Shown here: positions 41,140-50,250 of the stretch, one piece after another | How positions within the stretch are numbered: the stretch's first letter is position 1 | How the letters are laid out: every line of letters starts with the position of its first letter | Source: Candidatus Latescibacterota bacterium | GTDB taxonomy: Bacteria; Latescibacterota; UBA2968; UBA8231 | DNA length: 64,000 bases | Direction: 5' to 3' | NCBI GenBank assembly: GCA_963422735.1 | Contig: OY730476.1 | Coordinates: forward strand, 2,624,001-2,688,000 | Position numbers and translations under genes: made by a program | The notes under the pieces: generated by a model | What the model was told of the DNA's origin: nothing | The model's database searches: none | What the model saw: only the letters and a program-made list of their open reading frames with translations

Positions 41140-42426
41140 CTAAACTTGGCCGTGGAGAATCTCGGGCAACTGCGCCGAGCGCCGGTTGGCCGGCCGAGCC
41201 AAGAGCATTTGCACATCGGATATGTAGCGTTCTTCAAAGCCGCCGATGCAGTAAGAAAAATAAAAATCCCACATGCGAATGAATTCCTCGGTCAACCCTA
41301 GTTGGCGCACCTGTTCTTCCGCAGCCCCAAGACGCGCCCGCCAAGCCCGCAAGGTCCGAGCGTAGTGCGGACCAATATCCTCCAGATGCACCAAGCGCAT
41401 ATCCGTGGCCGCCGCCAACGAGTGACTGATGGCCGCCAACGACGGGATGCAACTGCCCGGAAAAATATACGCCTTGATGAAATCAACCGAGCGGCGCGCC
41501 CGCTCGTAGGCCCAATCGCCGATGACAATGGCCTGTAATAGCATCAGTCCCTCGGGCTTGAGCAGGCGGGAGCAACAGCCGAAATAGGTGTCGAAATAGT
41601 GGTGTCCCACGGCTTCGATCATTTCTATGGAGACCAGCTTGTCGTACTGTCCCTGTAAATCGCGATAGTCCGCTAACACGACCTCCACCCGCCCGTCCAA
41701 GCCGGCGGCGCGCACTCGTTGGCCAGCCAACTCGTACTGCTGCTGCGAAATGGTTGCCGTGGTCACCCGGCAGCCGTACTCGCAGGCTGCGTGTAGGGCG
41801 AAACCACCCCATCCCGTGCCGATCTCCAACAGGTGATCCTCGGGCACTAGAGCGAGCTTTTTGCAGATGCGGTCCACCTTGTAGCGGGAGGCCTCTTCCA
41901 GCGAACTGTCCGAGCGCGGAAATACGGCACTGGAATACATCATGTTGTCGTCGAGGAAGAGGCGGAAAAAGTCGTTGCTCAAATCGTAATGAGCGGCGAT
42001 GTTGCGCCGGCTACCCCGGAGCGTATTGCGGTTGAGGGCATGTCCCAACATGCGGGCCGGCGCGGCCAACCGGGCCCAACTCTGTTCGCGCTGCTGCATC
42101 CATTCCATATTGGCCACTGCCAAGCGGCACATAGCCGGCAGGTCGTCGCAACTCCACCACCCCTGCATGTAGGCTTCTGCCACGCCGACAGTCCCCCCTA
42201 GGGCCAAGGCGCGAAAGAAATGCGGATGGTGGACCTGCAAAACCACTTCGGGACCGTCTTCTCCCCGCCCGAAGGTGCGGCACTGTTCGCCCTCGACTAG
42301 GCAAATCGCACCGCGCTGCAAGTGCTGCAAGTGCCCCAACACCAATCGCCGAGCCCAGCGATCTGGCCAGCCGCCTAGGCCGATGGGACCTTTTTTAGCT
42401 AAGGGGGAGACAACCACTTGCGACAT
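41140..42426 (-). CDS. cfa: Cyclopropane-fatty-acyl-phospholipid synthase family methyltransferase (UfaM-like)
   Basis: NIAAHYDLSNDFF, MYSSA, LEIGTGWG, SIEMIEAVG and FIKAYIFPG motifs. Confidence 0.88.
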   Translation of the reverse strand: MSQVVVSPLAKKGPIGLGGWPDRWARRLVLGHLQHLQRGAICLVEGEQCRTFGRGEDGPEVVLQVHHPHFFRALALGGTVGVAEAYMQGWWSCDDLPAMCRLAVANMEWMQQREQSWARLAAPARMLGHALNRNTLRGSRRNIAAHYDLSNDFFRLFLDDNMMYSSAVFPRSDSSLEEASRYKVDRICKKLALVPEDHLLEIGTGWGGFALHAACEYGCRVTTATISQQQYELAGQRVRAAGLDGRVEVVLADYRDLQGQYDKLVSIEMIEAVGHHYFDTYFGCCSRLLKPEGLMLLQAIVIGDWAYERARRSVDFIKAYIFPGSCIPSLAAISHSLAAATDMRLVHLEDIGPHYARTLRAWRARLGAAEEQVRQLGLTEEFIRMWDFYFSYCIGGFEERYISDVQMLLARPANRRSAQLPEILHGQV

Positions 42427-43198
42427 CGTCTTTTTCCTTTGCCAACGACTTGGGATGAGGGTAGAACGGACAGCGCTTGATCCCCAGTTTTAGAGCCTGC
42501 CAGTGAATAGCGCCAATGACTTTTGTCGTTATCAGCGGATACTGCACCAGTACCCGCGCTAGCACCGCCGCGCTTATTTCCCGCCGCCGCAGCACTAGAG
42601 TCGCATCGAATAAATGGCGGCCATCCTGCCAATTGTCCATATGTACCACCAGCGTGCGCCGCGGCGTCGTAAAGCGCCAAGTGTAGTCCTGCTGCATGGC
42701 CATGAAGGGCGAAACGTGGAAAGCCTTGGAGAACTGGTAGCACTTGTGCGCTCCGCCGCCGCGGTCGAGACCTTGGTGCAAGATGTAGCAGTGCTGTTCG
42801 CCCCAAGGGGTATTATTTACTTCTCCCACCACTGTCTCAACGCACCTATCGGCTCGGTCAAAGCAATAGTAAAAGCTGACCGGATTGAAGCCGTACCCGC
42901 CATAGCGCAGGTGAGTTAGCAGGCGGATCGGCCCGTTGGGATAGCGTCCGTTCTCGTCTTTGACCAATTGCCGTACGCAGTCCTCTAGAGGGTGCTGTGG
43001 ATCGCCCAAATGGTCGGCGCGCCGGAAATAGGCCACATTGGGCCGCTCTGACGACCAGAGCCAGCGCCCGTCGAACACGCCGGGCAATTCGGCTAAATCG
43101 AGGTACATCATAAAGAGCCGGTACTCAAAGATGTGGACCACCGGCGCAAAGCGGCGATGCCGCACCCGCCCTTCGTATATGCAGCTATAGCGGCTCAC
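42395..43198 (-). CDS. DUF1365 family protein (UfaO-like)
   Basis: GRVRHRRF.P, FNPVSFYYC, EVNNTPWGE, KAFHVSPFM and IHWQALKL motifs; GTG start overlapping the upstream TGA. Confidence 0.9.
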   Translation of the reverse strand: MSRYSCIYEGRVRHRRFAPVVHIFEYRLFMMYLDLAELPGVFDGRWLWSSERPNVAYFRRADHLGDPQHPLEDCVRQLVKDENGRYPNGPIRLLTHLRYGGYGFNPVSFYYCFDRADRCVETVVGEVNNTPWGEQHCYILHQGLDRGGGAHKCYQFSKAFHVSPFMAMQQDYTWRFTTPRRTLVVHMDNWQDGRHLFDATLVLRRREISAAVLARVLVQYPLITTKVIGAIHWQALKLGIKRCPFYPHPKSLAKEKDDVASGCLPLS

Positions 43199-44457
43199 AA
43201 CGCTTTGCCAAAGCGCCGCGTTACTTCCAAGGCGCTGACGACCCCGTCCTCGTGAAAACCAAATCCCCAATAGGCCCCGCAGTAGTGGATGCGATCAACC
43301 CCGTCAATCCGCTGCCGCTGCTTTTGCGCGGCCACCGAGGTCGGCGAATAGACCGGGTGGTGATAGGTCATGCGGGCGATGATCCGCTCTGGATCAATCT
43401 CTGCAGTGCGGTTGAGGCTGACGCAGAAGGGCCAGCGACTCGCCAAATTTTGGAGGCTATTCATATTGTAAGTGACGGTCGCGGGGCCTCCTGTGTTGGG
43501 TGGAATGTAGTAATTCCAGCTAGCCCAAGCGCGCCGGCGCTTGGGCAACACGGACGCGTCGGTGTGCAGTGCGACATCGTTGGCCTGATATGGCATGGCC
43601 CCCAAAACTTGGCACTCGGCCGGGGTAGGCTCGGCCAATAGCCGCAGCGCTTGATCGCTATGTACGGCCAAGATGACCTCGTCGAAACGCTCGGATTCTC
43701 CGGCTCGGGTACATACTTCTAGCCCTTGGTGCAAACGCCGCACAGAAGCCACAGGGCAATTGACTCGGATGCGTTCTCTAAAGGAGCGGGTCAGTGCCTC
43801 GACGTAGCGCTGCGAGCCTCCTTTGATCGCGCGCCAAGGCGTCCGCCCGCGCACTTGCAAAAAGGCGTGGTTGGCGAAAAACTGGACAAAGTAGCGCACT
43901 GGAAACTCGTACATGCGGTCGGGCAAGGCCGACCACAGCGCCGATCCCAATGGGATGATGTGGTATTGGATAAAAGCCTTGGAATAGCCGTTGTCGGCCA
44001 GATAGTCTCCGAGGGTTGTCAGATCATTGGGATCGCGCAATAATTCCGATGCTGTGCGGTTGAAACGCAGGATGTCGGCCAACATGCGGTAGAACGACGG
44101 CCGCAGCGCATTGCGCCGCTGGGCTAACAGACTGCTCAGCGGCGTACTAGCGTATTCGAGACCAGTGCGGCTGCACTTGACGCTGAAACTCATTTGGGTC
44201 GGCTGGGAAGCCACCCCCAAACGCTGCAATAGGCGATTGAACTGCGGGTAGTTGGGTTCGTTGAAGACGATAAAGCCCGTATCCACCGCATAGGATCGCC
44301 CTTCCTGTTCGACTTCCAAGGTATGGGTATGGCCGCCGATATAATCGTTGGCTTCAAACAGCGTGATGTGGTGATCTGGGTGCAGCAGATAGGCCGCTAC
44401 TAGGCCGGAAATACCGCCTCCCACCACGGCGATGCGCCGACCCTGCGCCGGCTTCAT
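43195..44457 (-). CDS. FAD-dependent oxidoreductase (amine-oxidase family, UfaD-like)
   Basis: IAVVGGGISGL, GGHTHT, VDTGFIVFN, AWASWNY and GAYWGFGFHEDG motifs. Confidence 0.9.
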   Translation of the reverse strand: MKPAQGRRIAVVGGGISGLVAAYLLHPDHHITLFEANDYIGGHTHTLEVEQEGRSYAVDTGFIVFNEPNYPQFNRLLQRLGVASQPTQMSFSVKCSRTGLEYASTPLSSLLAQRRNALRPSFYRMLADILRFNRTASELLRDPNDLTTLGDYLADNGYSKAFIQYHIIPLGSALWSALPDRMYEFPVRYFVQFFANHAFLQVRGRTPWRAIKGGSQRYVEALTRSFRERIRVNCPVASVRRLHQGLEVCTRAGESERFDEVILAVHSDQALRLLAEPTPAECQVLGAMPYQANDVALHTDASVLPKRRRAWASWNYYIPPNTGGPATVTYNMNSLQNLASRWPFCVSLNRTAEIDPERIIARMTYHHPVYSPTSVAAQKQRQRIDGVDRIHYCGAYWGFGFHEDGVVSALEVTRRFGKAL

Positions 44458-45404
44458 CGCCCGCTAACAGCTCGGTCGTAAACCCGCTCGGGCACCGGCC
44501 TGAGATCGCGTATTATACCGATCCAAGACAGCACTCTGAGCAGGTAGTAGGTCGGATCGAACTCCCACCAGTAAAAACCCTGACGCGCCGACCCTGGATA
44601 ATAATGGTGGTTGTTGTGCCAGCCCTCGCCCATAGTGATGAGGGACAACCAGATATTATTGCGGCTATGGTCTCCGGTGGCAAAGCGGCGGCGGCCAAAA
44701 AGATGGGAGAGAGAATTGATGGTACACGTGCCGTGGAACAAAACGATGGTGGAAATGGAGAAGCCCCAGACGAGCATCTGCCAGCCGCTGGTTTCTAACC
44801 CGGGGAAGCGGCTGCCGCAATACTCCCCCAAGGCGTACATCGTCGCCGCTAGCAAAGTGGGCACGATGATATCGAAGCGGTCGAGAAAGCGCAGTTCGGG
44901 AAAACGGGCCAAGTCGCGCACATTGTACAGGCGGGTGGGGAAATTCGACCGCGAGGTGATCCACAGTACGTGGCTCCACCAAAAGCCGTGCTCTTTGGGC
45001 GAATGCACATCGCTGGCAACATCGGAGTGGCGATGGTGGTGGCGGTGGTGTCCGGCCCACCACAACGGTCCGCGCTGCACCGCTGTATTGCCCAGTACGG
45101 CAAAGAGGAACTGAACGGTCCGCGAGGCTTTGAACGTGCGGTGTGAAAAATAGCGGTGGTAAAAGCCCGTTATGGCAAACATCCGCGTCCAGTAAGCTAC
45201 GAAGGCCACGCCTACGGCTAAGGGGCTCCAGCCGACCCACAAAACCCCTAGGCAACTCAAGTGCAACGCCGCAAAAGGCAGCATGCGCAACCAATCAACC
45301 TGCCGCTCGTCTTCGGCGACCGCGGCAGCAGCAGCTTCATCGCCCTTAAACCAGCGAAGAAAAGCCAACCGCCAACCTTTGACCTCGGTCTCTATATGTC
45401 CCAT
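44454..45404 (-). CDS. Membrane fatty-acyl (delta-9-type) desaturase
   Basis: Three His boxes: YHRYFSH, HHRHHH and WHNNHH. Confidence 0.9.
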   Translation of the reverse strand: MGHIETEVKGWRLAFLRWFKGDEAAAAAVAEDERQVDWLRMLPFAALHLSCLGVLWVGWSPLAVGVAFVAYWTRMFAITGFYHRYFSHRTFKASRTVQFLFAVLGNTAVQRGPLWWAGHHRHHHRHSDVASDVHSPKEHGFWWSHVLWITSRSNFPTRLYNVRDLARFPELRFLDRFDIIVPTLLAATMYALGEYCGSRFPGLETSGWQMLVWGFSISTIVLFHGTCTINSLSHLFGRRRFATGDHSRNNIWLSLITMGEGWHNNHHYYPGSARQGFYWWEFDPTYYLLRVLSWIGIIRDLRPVPERVYDRAVSGR

Positions 45405-45463
45405 ATATGTCCCATCTGGCCTCTATATGCCAATGCTATTGTCTGAGCTATTGTGAAGACACT

Positions 45464-46459
45464 TTAACCTTGGTCCAGCATGGGCTCTTCGCGCAAAAGA
45501 CTCAAGGAGTCGCGCAAATCGCTCAGATTGGCGAGGGGGACGGCCCCGGCCCGATTGAGAAAACGCCGGTAATGCTGGGCGGCCCGGCCGCCGACCAACA
45601 AGACAATCTCGTCGCCCAGCAGACGGCGCAATTTGATCAACTCGCCGCCTAAATGGGGATCGTCGCCCGGATAGACTATGCTTAGGAGGACGGCCTTAGC
45701 ATCTTTTTGTGCAGCAGCCCCGGCGATTTCCTCGGCCGATAGGTTGGGTCCCAGAAAAGTCGAATTCCAGCCTTCTGACGTAGCCACGACCGAAGCGAGC
45801 AACGCCCCCATCTCGTGCAACTGCCCCGCAGGCGTAGTCGCGACAACGTGGGGAGCGGCCTCCGATACTTGGAAACTGGCCCATATATTGCCGATAAAGC
45901 TGCGCACTACGGCCGAAGCCATATGCTCGTCGGCTACTCGCAAGGTACCCTCCTGCCACATCTGGCCGATGCGCTCCATAAGAGGCTGAACCACTCCTTC
46001 GAGGAGATGCTGTTGGCTCAACGCTATGGAGGCGCGAACCAACTGCTCTTTGAGCAAGACCGCGTCCAGCCCTTGTACTGCGACTAAGGCCCGTTCGAAA
46101 AACTCGCCGGGGTCGCCGCTGCCTTTTCCCTCACCCTCGCCGTTGGTTGCCCTCTGAGCCAACGGCGCAACCGCTCGCTCGGCACGGACTAGTTTCACCA
46201 GTTCGGCAGTTGAGAGACGGGCGATTCGGCTAATGCTTTGTCCGGTCTGCACCGCCTGCTGCAACCACTGCAGGCGTATAATGTCCTCGTCCGAATAAAG
46301 CCGTCTGTTGGTCGCCGTCCGAGCGGGCACCACGGCTCGATAGCGTTTTTCCCAGACGCGAATGACATGAGCCGAAAGCCCGGTCCGCCGTACCGCTACT
46401 TTGATAGGGTGTCCCGGCGTCCATTCCATACGTGTTGAATGCAGATCCTCTGGCTGCAT
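45464..46459 (-). CDS. MerR-family regulator with cobalamin-binding domain (CarH/LitR type)
   Basis: MerR HTH (IRVWEKRY..P.RT..NRRLYS); W-x9-EH (WQEGTLRVADEH); B12-binding HEMG..S.V..GG. Confidence 0.88.
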   Translation of the reverse strand: MQPEDLHSTRMEWTPGHPIKVAVRRTGLSAHVIRVWEKRYRAVVPARTATNRRLYSDEDIIRLQWLQQAVQTGQSISRIARLSTAELVKLVRAERAVAPLAQRATNGEGEGKGSGDPGEFFERALVAVQGLDAVLLKEQLVRASIALSQQHLLEGVVQPLMERIGQMWQEGTLRVADEHMASAVVRSFIGNIWASFQVSEAAPHVVATTPAGQLHEMGALLASVVATSEGWNSTFLGPNLSAEEIAGAAAQKDAKAVLLSIVYPGDDPHLGGELIKLRRLLGDEIVLLVGGRAAQHYRRFLNRAGAVPLANLSDLRDSLSLLREEPMLDQG

Positions 46460-46617
46460 AAATTGCGCTATCTTCCCTTCTGTTCGACTTGCTGGGAATT
46501 GGGTGTCGCCTCTATGATCAAAACATCATTGACCCCATTCGAGGAGAACGCAAGTGCAGTACAACAGATAAGCGATTTTGCCTATTTCCACAAACTCCCA
46601 CGTCTTCGTTGCAAAGC

Positions 46618-46657
46618 AAAAAAGCCGCAGCAAACAAAAAAGAAGGTTCGCTGCGGC
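46618..46657 (-). terminator. Rho-independent terminator after the fasciclin gene
   Basis: Minus strand reads GCCGCAGCGAAC-loop-GTTTGCTGCGGC followed by TTTTTT. Confidence 0.8.
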
Positions 46658-46680
46658 CTTCTTAATCGGAGTTCACTGGC

Positions 46681-47226
46681 TTAGCGAAGCTGCTTGACGG
46701 TCCCCCAACTACTGCTCTCGACAGCGGTGGCAGGCGAAGCAGGCGGAGGCAGGAGCACCGCATCAATGATGTGGATTACGCCATTACTGGCGGCCACGTC
46801 AGCTTGGACGACATTGGCATTGTTGATCATCACGCCGCTGTCGCTGACGCTGATATTGCTCGAGGCACCATTGAGGGTGGTGACCGAATCCAGCTCTACT
46901 ACGTCGGCGGCCAACACCGAACCAGAGACGACGTGATAAAGCAGGATGGAGGTCAGCAGTTCCTTATTCTCGGGCAACAGCAGCGACTCAAGGGTGCCCT
47001 CTGGCAAAGCGGCGAAGGCCTCGTCAGTGGGGGCGAAGACGGTGAAGGGGCCTTCGCCCTTGAGCACGTCGATTAGTTCCGCGGCTTGAACCGCGGCGAC
47101 CAGCGTGTTAAAAATGCCAGCCCCGATGGCAACACCGACGATGTCCTCGTCGTCCTGAGCTTGCGCTGGGCCTGCCCAAGACGAAAGTGCCAGTGCCATG
47201 ATCGTGGCAACACGGGTGATATTCAT
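46681..47226 (-). CDS. Secreted fasciclin (FAS1) domain protein with C-terminal SWGxxK motif
   Basis: Signal peptide; [23 protein letters not shown] and [16 protein letters not shown]; tail [16 protein letters not shown]; AGGAGG RBS. Confidence 0.93.
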   Translation of the reverse strand: MNITRVATIMALALSSWAGPAQAQDDEDIVGVAIGAGIFNTLVAAVQAAELIDVLKGEGPFTVFAPTDEAFAALPEGTLESLLLPENKELLTSILLYHVVSGSVLAADVVELDSVTTLNGASSNISVSDSGVMINNANVVQADVAASNGVIHIIDAVLLPPPASPATAVESSSWGTVKQLR

Positions 47227-47275
47227 ACGATTTCCTCCTAATATGAAGGTGTAAGGAGCCGCTTTAGGCATCCAT

Positions 47276-47327
47276 TGTAAAATGATTGTCTAATTATTGT
47301 AATGATATGTCGATTATTTGTCAACAT
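47276..47327 (-). promoter_or_regulatory. Sigma70 promoter overlapped by phased ~11-bp direct repeats (putative CarH operator)
   Basis: Minus strand TTGACA (47324-47319), 17 nt, TACAAT (47301-47296). TGT cores on the plus strand start at 47276, 47287, 47298, 47308 and 47319; four of five match TnnACA on the minus strand. Confidence 0.7.
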
Positions 47328-47469
47328 ATTTCTATAATTTTTTCAACAAAATTTTGACAATCAGTTAATCCTCGATATTATCGCAGGGACTTTTAGTGCG
47401 GCTGGGTTACGGGCTGGCACGTATCCGGTGAGACGCAAAGGGGGCCCACCTTTCGGATGCATCTATCCG

Positions 47470-47547
47470 TAGTTTCAACCGTTCGTCTGTGGGGAGACGG
47501 GCGATTCGGCCAATGTTGTCCGGTTTGCACAGCCTGCTGCACCACTG
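47470..47547 (-). pseudogene. Decayed duplicate fragment of the CarH-type gene
   Basis: Aligns by eye to 46190-46270, sharing an exact GAGACGGGCGATTCGGC and near-identical flanks with small indels. Confidence 0.75.
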
Positions 47548-47675
47548 TCGGCGTGCGATAACAGACAATTACTGCCATAGATTTGTAAATAGAGATCGGG
47601 CAGTAGGATGAATTCCAACGCGTCGCGCTTGCCTACTTCCTTGGTCTTGAATCACCACCAAGACCATTCTCGCTG

Positions 47676-49841
47676 CTAAAAAGAGAAATTGAAGCCCAAG
47701 CTGGGAATTATGGGCAATTGTCTGATCTTGCGCGGGTCGATTTCGCGATTGACCAAATCAAGCTGCAAAAACCACTCGTTGCGGCGGCTGTACACATTGA
47801 ATATCTGCACGTAGAACTCGCTGTCGGCTCCCCACAACTCGAACGACCGACTGGTGCTGACATCGAGGCGATGATAGGGCAGCAGGCGGGCACTGTTGCG
47901 CTGGGCAGGTGACGCGGAAACCGGCGTAAATGCTTGCCCGGTGGCGTACACCAAGCTCGCGCCGAGCCGCCATGCGCCCACCTTGTAGGAGGCGACAAAA
48001 GACAGGTCGTGGCGGCGGTCGTGCTTGGATGGAAAGGGCCGGCCGGCGTTGAGTTCGGGGAACGTCCGCCGCGTCCAACTCAGCGCGTAGCCGATCCACC
48101 CGGTGAGTGCGCCGGTGCGCCGCTGCCAAAACACCTCCAGCCCGCTCGCCCAGCCCGTGCCGCCGCTTTTGAACATCGCGTCCGAGTGCGTATCCTCGTT
48201 GTCATCAGCCACTTGGGTATCCACTGTCACTAGGTTGGCAAGGTCTGTGTAATAGGCCTCCACAGAAAGCTGGTAGCGCTGCGAAGGGGTCCACTCGACA
48301 CCGGAGACGGCCTGATAGGAGTGCCCCGGCTCGACGGTGCTGTCGAGCGGAGCCCAGAAATCGCCGCCGCTGAAGGCTTCAGTGGCGATCAGTTGTAGGT
48401 GTTGGCGGTACATCCCGCCGGCGGCTTTGACCCGGATTTTGTCGCTCAACGCCCGGCTCAGGGACAGTCGCGGTGCGAAATGCCAGCGGTTGCCTTCGCT
48501 GAAGTACGTCCCCCGCCCGCCTAGCTGCACCCGCGTGGTTGGCCCGAGCCGCCACTCGTCCTGCACGTAACCTTCCAACAGCACCGGCTCTTGCCGCAAG
48601 TCGAGCTGATTCCGCTTGTTGAAAGACCGGGCAAAGTGAAACTCAAATAGGGTGGCCCAAAAGCCCAAGGAAAGCGTGTGATAGCGATTGGCGAAGTAAT
48701 CCAAGTCGCCTTTGAACGACAGGTCGCGGATGCGGTTGGCGATGCGGATGGGCGCGTCGAGAAAGCGGAACGCGATGATGCTTTCGTATGACGAGCCGGC
48801 GGCCATGAGGTGGCCGAACAAGGCAGGCGAGAACACGTGCGTCCAACGCGCAGTCAGCGCGCGATTGCCCCAGCGCAGATCGACGAAGGACTCTTCATCG
48901 TCTTCTAGGTCAATCCGCAGGTCGTCTTGTCCCCAGTACGCGCTCGCAGCGTAGGTGTTGTCGCCCCGCCGCTGGTTGACTTTGCCGTTGAGGTCGTAGA
49001 AGTAATAGTTCAAGGGGATGTCCACCCCGCTAGAGCGGATGGCGCTGAGCACGGGTTCGAGGTACGTGCGGCGACCAGCTAGCATCCACGAGCCTTGGCC
49101 GACGGGTCCCTCGGTGAGCAAGCGGCCTGAAATTAGACTCACGCCGCCGCGCCCGCTAGTGCGCTTGCGGTTGCCCTCGCGGTTGCTCACGTCGAGCACC
49201 GCCCCGAGCGTGCGGCCGTACGCAGCCGGATAGGCTCCCTTGTACAGATTGGCCTCCTTAATTGCGTCCGGGTTAAAGGCCGAGAAGATGCCGAAGAGGT
49301 GGGAAGGATTGTACAGCGAAATGTCGTCGAGGAGGATGGCCGTCTGGTCCGGGCCGCCACCACGCACGTACAAGCCGCTGCTGACATCCGAAACCGCTTG
49401 GATGCCCGGCAACAGCTGCAAGCTGCGCAAGAGATCGGCCTCGCCGAGGGCGGGCAACTGCTGCACCGGCTTGACGCGGAGACTGATGCGCTCGGCCTCC
49501 ACCGAGACCTCCTCGCCCATGTCCACCGGCTTGGGCATCAGCGCCAAGTTGAGTCGCACGGCCTCGTCCGCGCCAAAGTGCAGCGTGTCCCACCGGGTCT
49601 GGTAGCCTATGTGCGACGCGCTCACCACGTGCGTACCCGCCGGCACTTGCTTGATTGCGTAGTAGCCGCTGTTGTTGCTGACCGCCCCGAGCTGAAGCCC
49701 TTCCACCGCGACAGCGGCGCGGCTCAGGACTTCGCCGTTGTCGGCATCGGTGACAAAGCCGCTCAGGGTCGCCGCCTGTGCTATCCCTGCCGATAGCAGC
49801 CACGCCGCCAGCACTCGCCTACATTTTTTTTGCAATCCCAC
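47676..49841 (-). CDS. TonB-dependent receptor (copy 2), close paralog of 37008-39248
   Basis: Long identical peptide blocks shared with copy 1 (GEADLLRSLQLLPGIQ, GAYPAAYGRTLGAVLDVSNREGNR, LRWGNRALTARWT); terminal GFNFSF. Confidence 0.9.
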   Translation of the reverse strand: MGLQKKCRRVLAAWLLSAGIAQAATLSGFVTDADNGEVLSRAAVAVEGLQLGAVSNNSGYYAIKQVPAGTHVVSASHIGYQTRWDTLHFGADEAVRLNLALMPKPVDMGEEVSVEAERISLRVKPVQQLPALGEADLLRSLQLLPGIQAVSDVSSGLYVRGGGPDQTAILLDDISLYNPSHLFGIFSAFNPDAIKEANLYKGAYPAAYGRTLGAVLDVSNREGNRKRTSGRGGVSLISGRLLTEGPVGQGSWMLAGRRTYLEPVLSAIRSSGVDIPLNYYFYDLNGKVNQRRGDNTYAASAYWGQDDLRIDLEDDEESFVDLRWGNRALTARWTHVFSPALFGHLMAAGSSYESIIAFRFLDAPIRIANRIRDLSFKGDLDYFANRYHTLSLGFWATLFEFHFARSFNKRNQLDLRQEPVLLEGYVQDEWRLGPTTRVQLGGRGTYFSEGNRWHFAPRLSLSRALSDKIRVKAAGGMYRQHLQLIATEAFSGGDFWAPLDSTVEPGHSYQAVSGVEWTPSQRYQLSVEAYYTDLANLVTVDTQVADDNEDTHSDAMFKSGGTGWASGLEVFWQRRTGALTGWIGYALSWTRRTFPELNAGRPFPSKHDRRHDLSFVASYKVGAWRLGASLVYATGQAFTPVSASPAQRNSARLLPYHRLDVSTSRSFELWGADSEFYVQIFNVYSRRNEWFLQLDLVNREIDPRKIRQLPIIPSLGFNFSF

Positions 49842-49894
49842 CTGTTTGTTATCTCACTGACGCTACGCAGCGGCTTGGCACTGGCCGCCTTAGA

Positions 49895-50017
49895 GAGATG
49901 CTTCGCTTCACCGCGCCTTGTCCTGCCTACTTCACCGTGGCGTGATCTTCGCTGCGCTCAGCATGACCGAGTAGCGAAGGGCCAACCCCTGTCATACTGC
50001 ACGAAGCAAAGCATCTC
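49895..50017. repeat. REP-like inverted repeat element
   Basis: GAGATGCTTCGCTTC (49895-49909) pairs with GAAGCAAAGCATCTC (50003-50017) at 14/15 positions; inner CAGCATGAC / GTCATACTG. The core GCTGCGCTCAGCATG also occurs at 32300-32314. Confidence 0.6.
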
Positions 50018-50250
50018 GTACTGAATTGTGCCTGTCCAAACGAAGGACGCCCACAAGGGGTTGTCCCATAAATGCGATCGACGTATTCAGGGCTTATGAG
50101 ATGGCTTGTAGAGAAACATATCGAGATATTGCGCGAGTTGCACCCTTGCTACGACCCGACGAGCTGCCAAGATCGGCCGCGCCCTATGCCTGCCTTTTGG
50201 GACTTTGTATCTTCAGGGCCTTGCCATTACTACATTCAAAGGACGGATCC

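Noticed and set aside
49842-50250. Cobalamin riboswitch / BtuB assignment for the TonB receptors near the B12-binding regulator
   Set aside because: No B12-box motif was recognised, and the receptors look like the DUF4249-partnered type, so the substrate is unknown.
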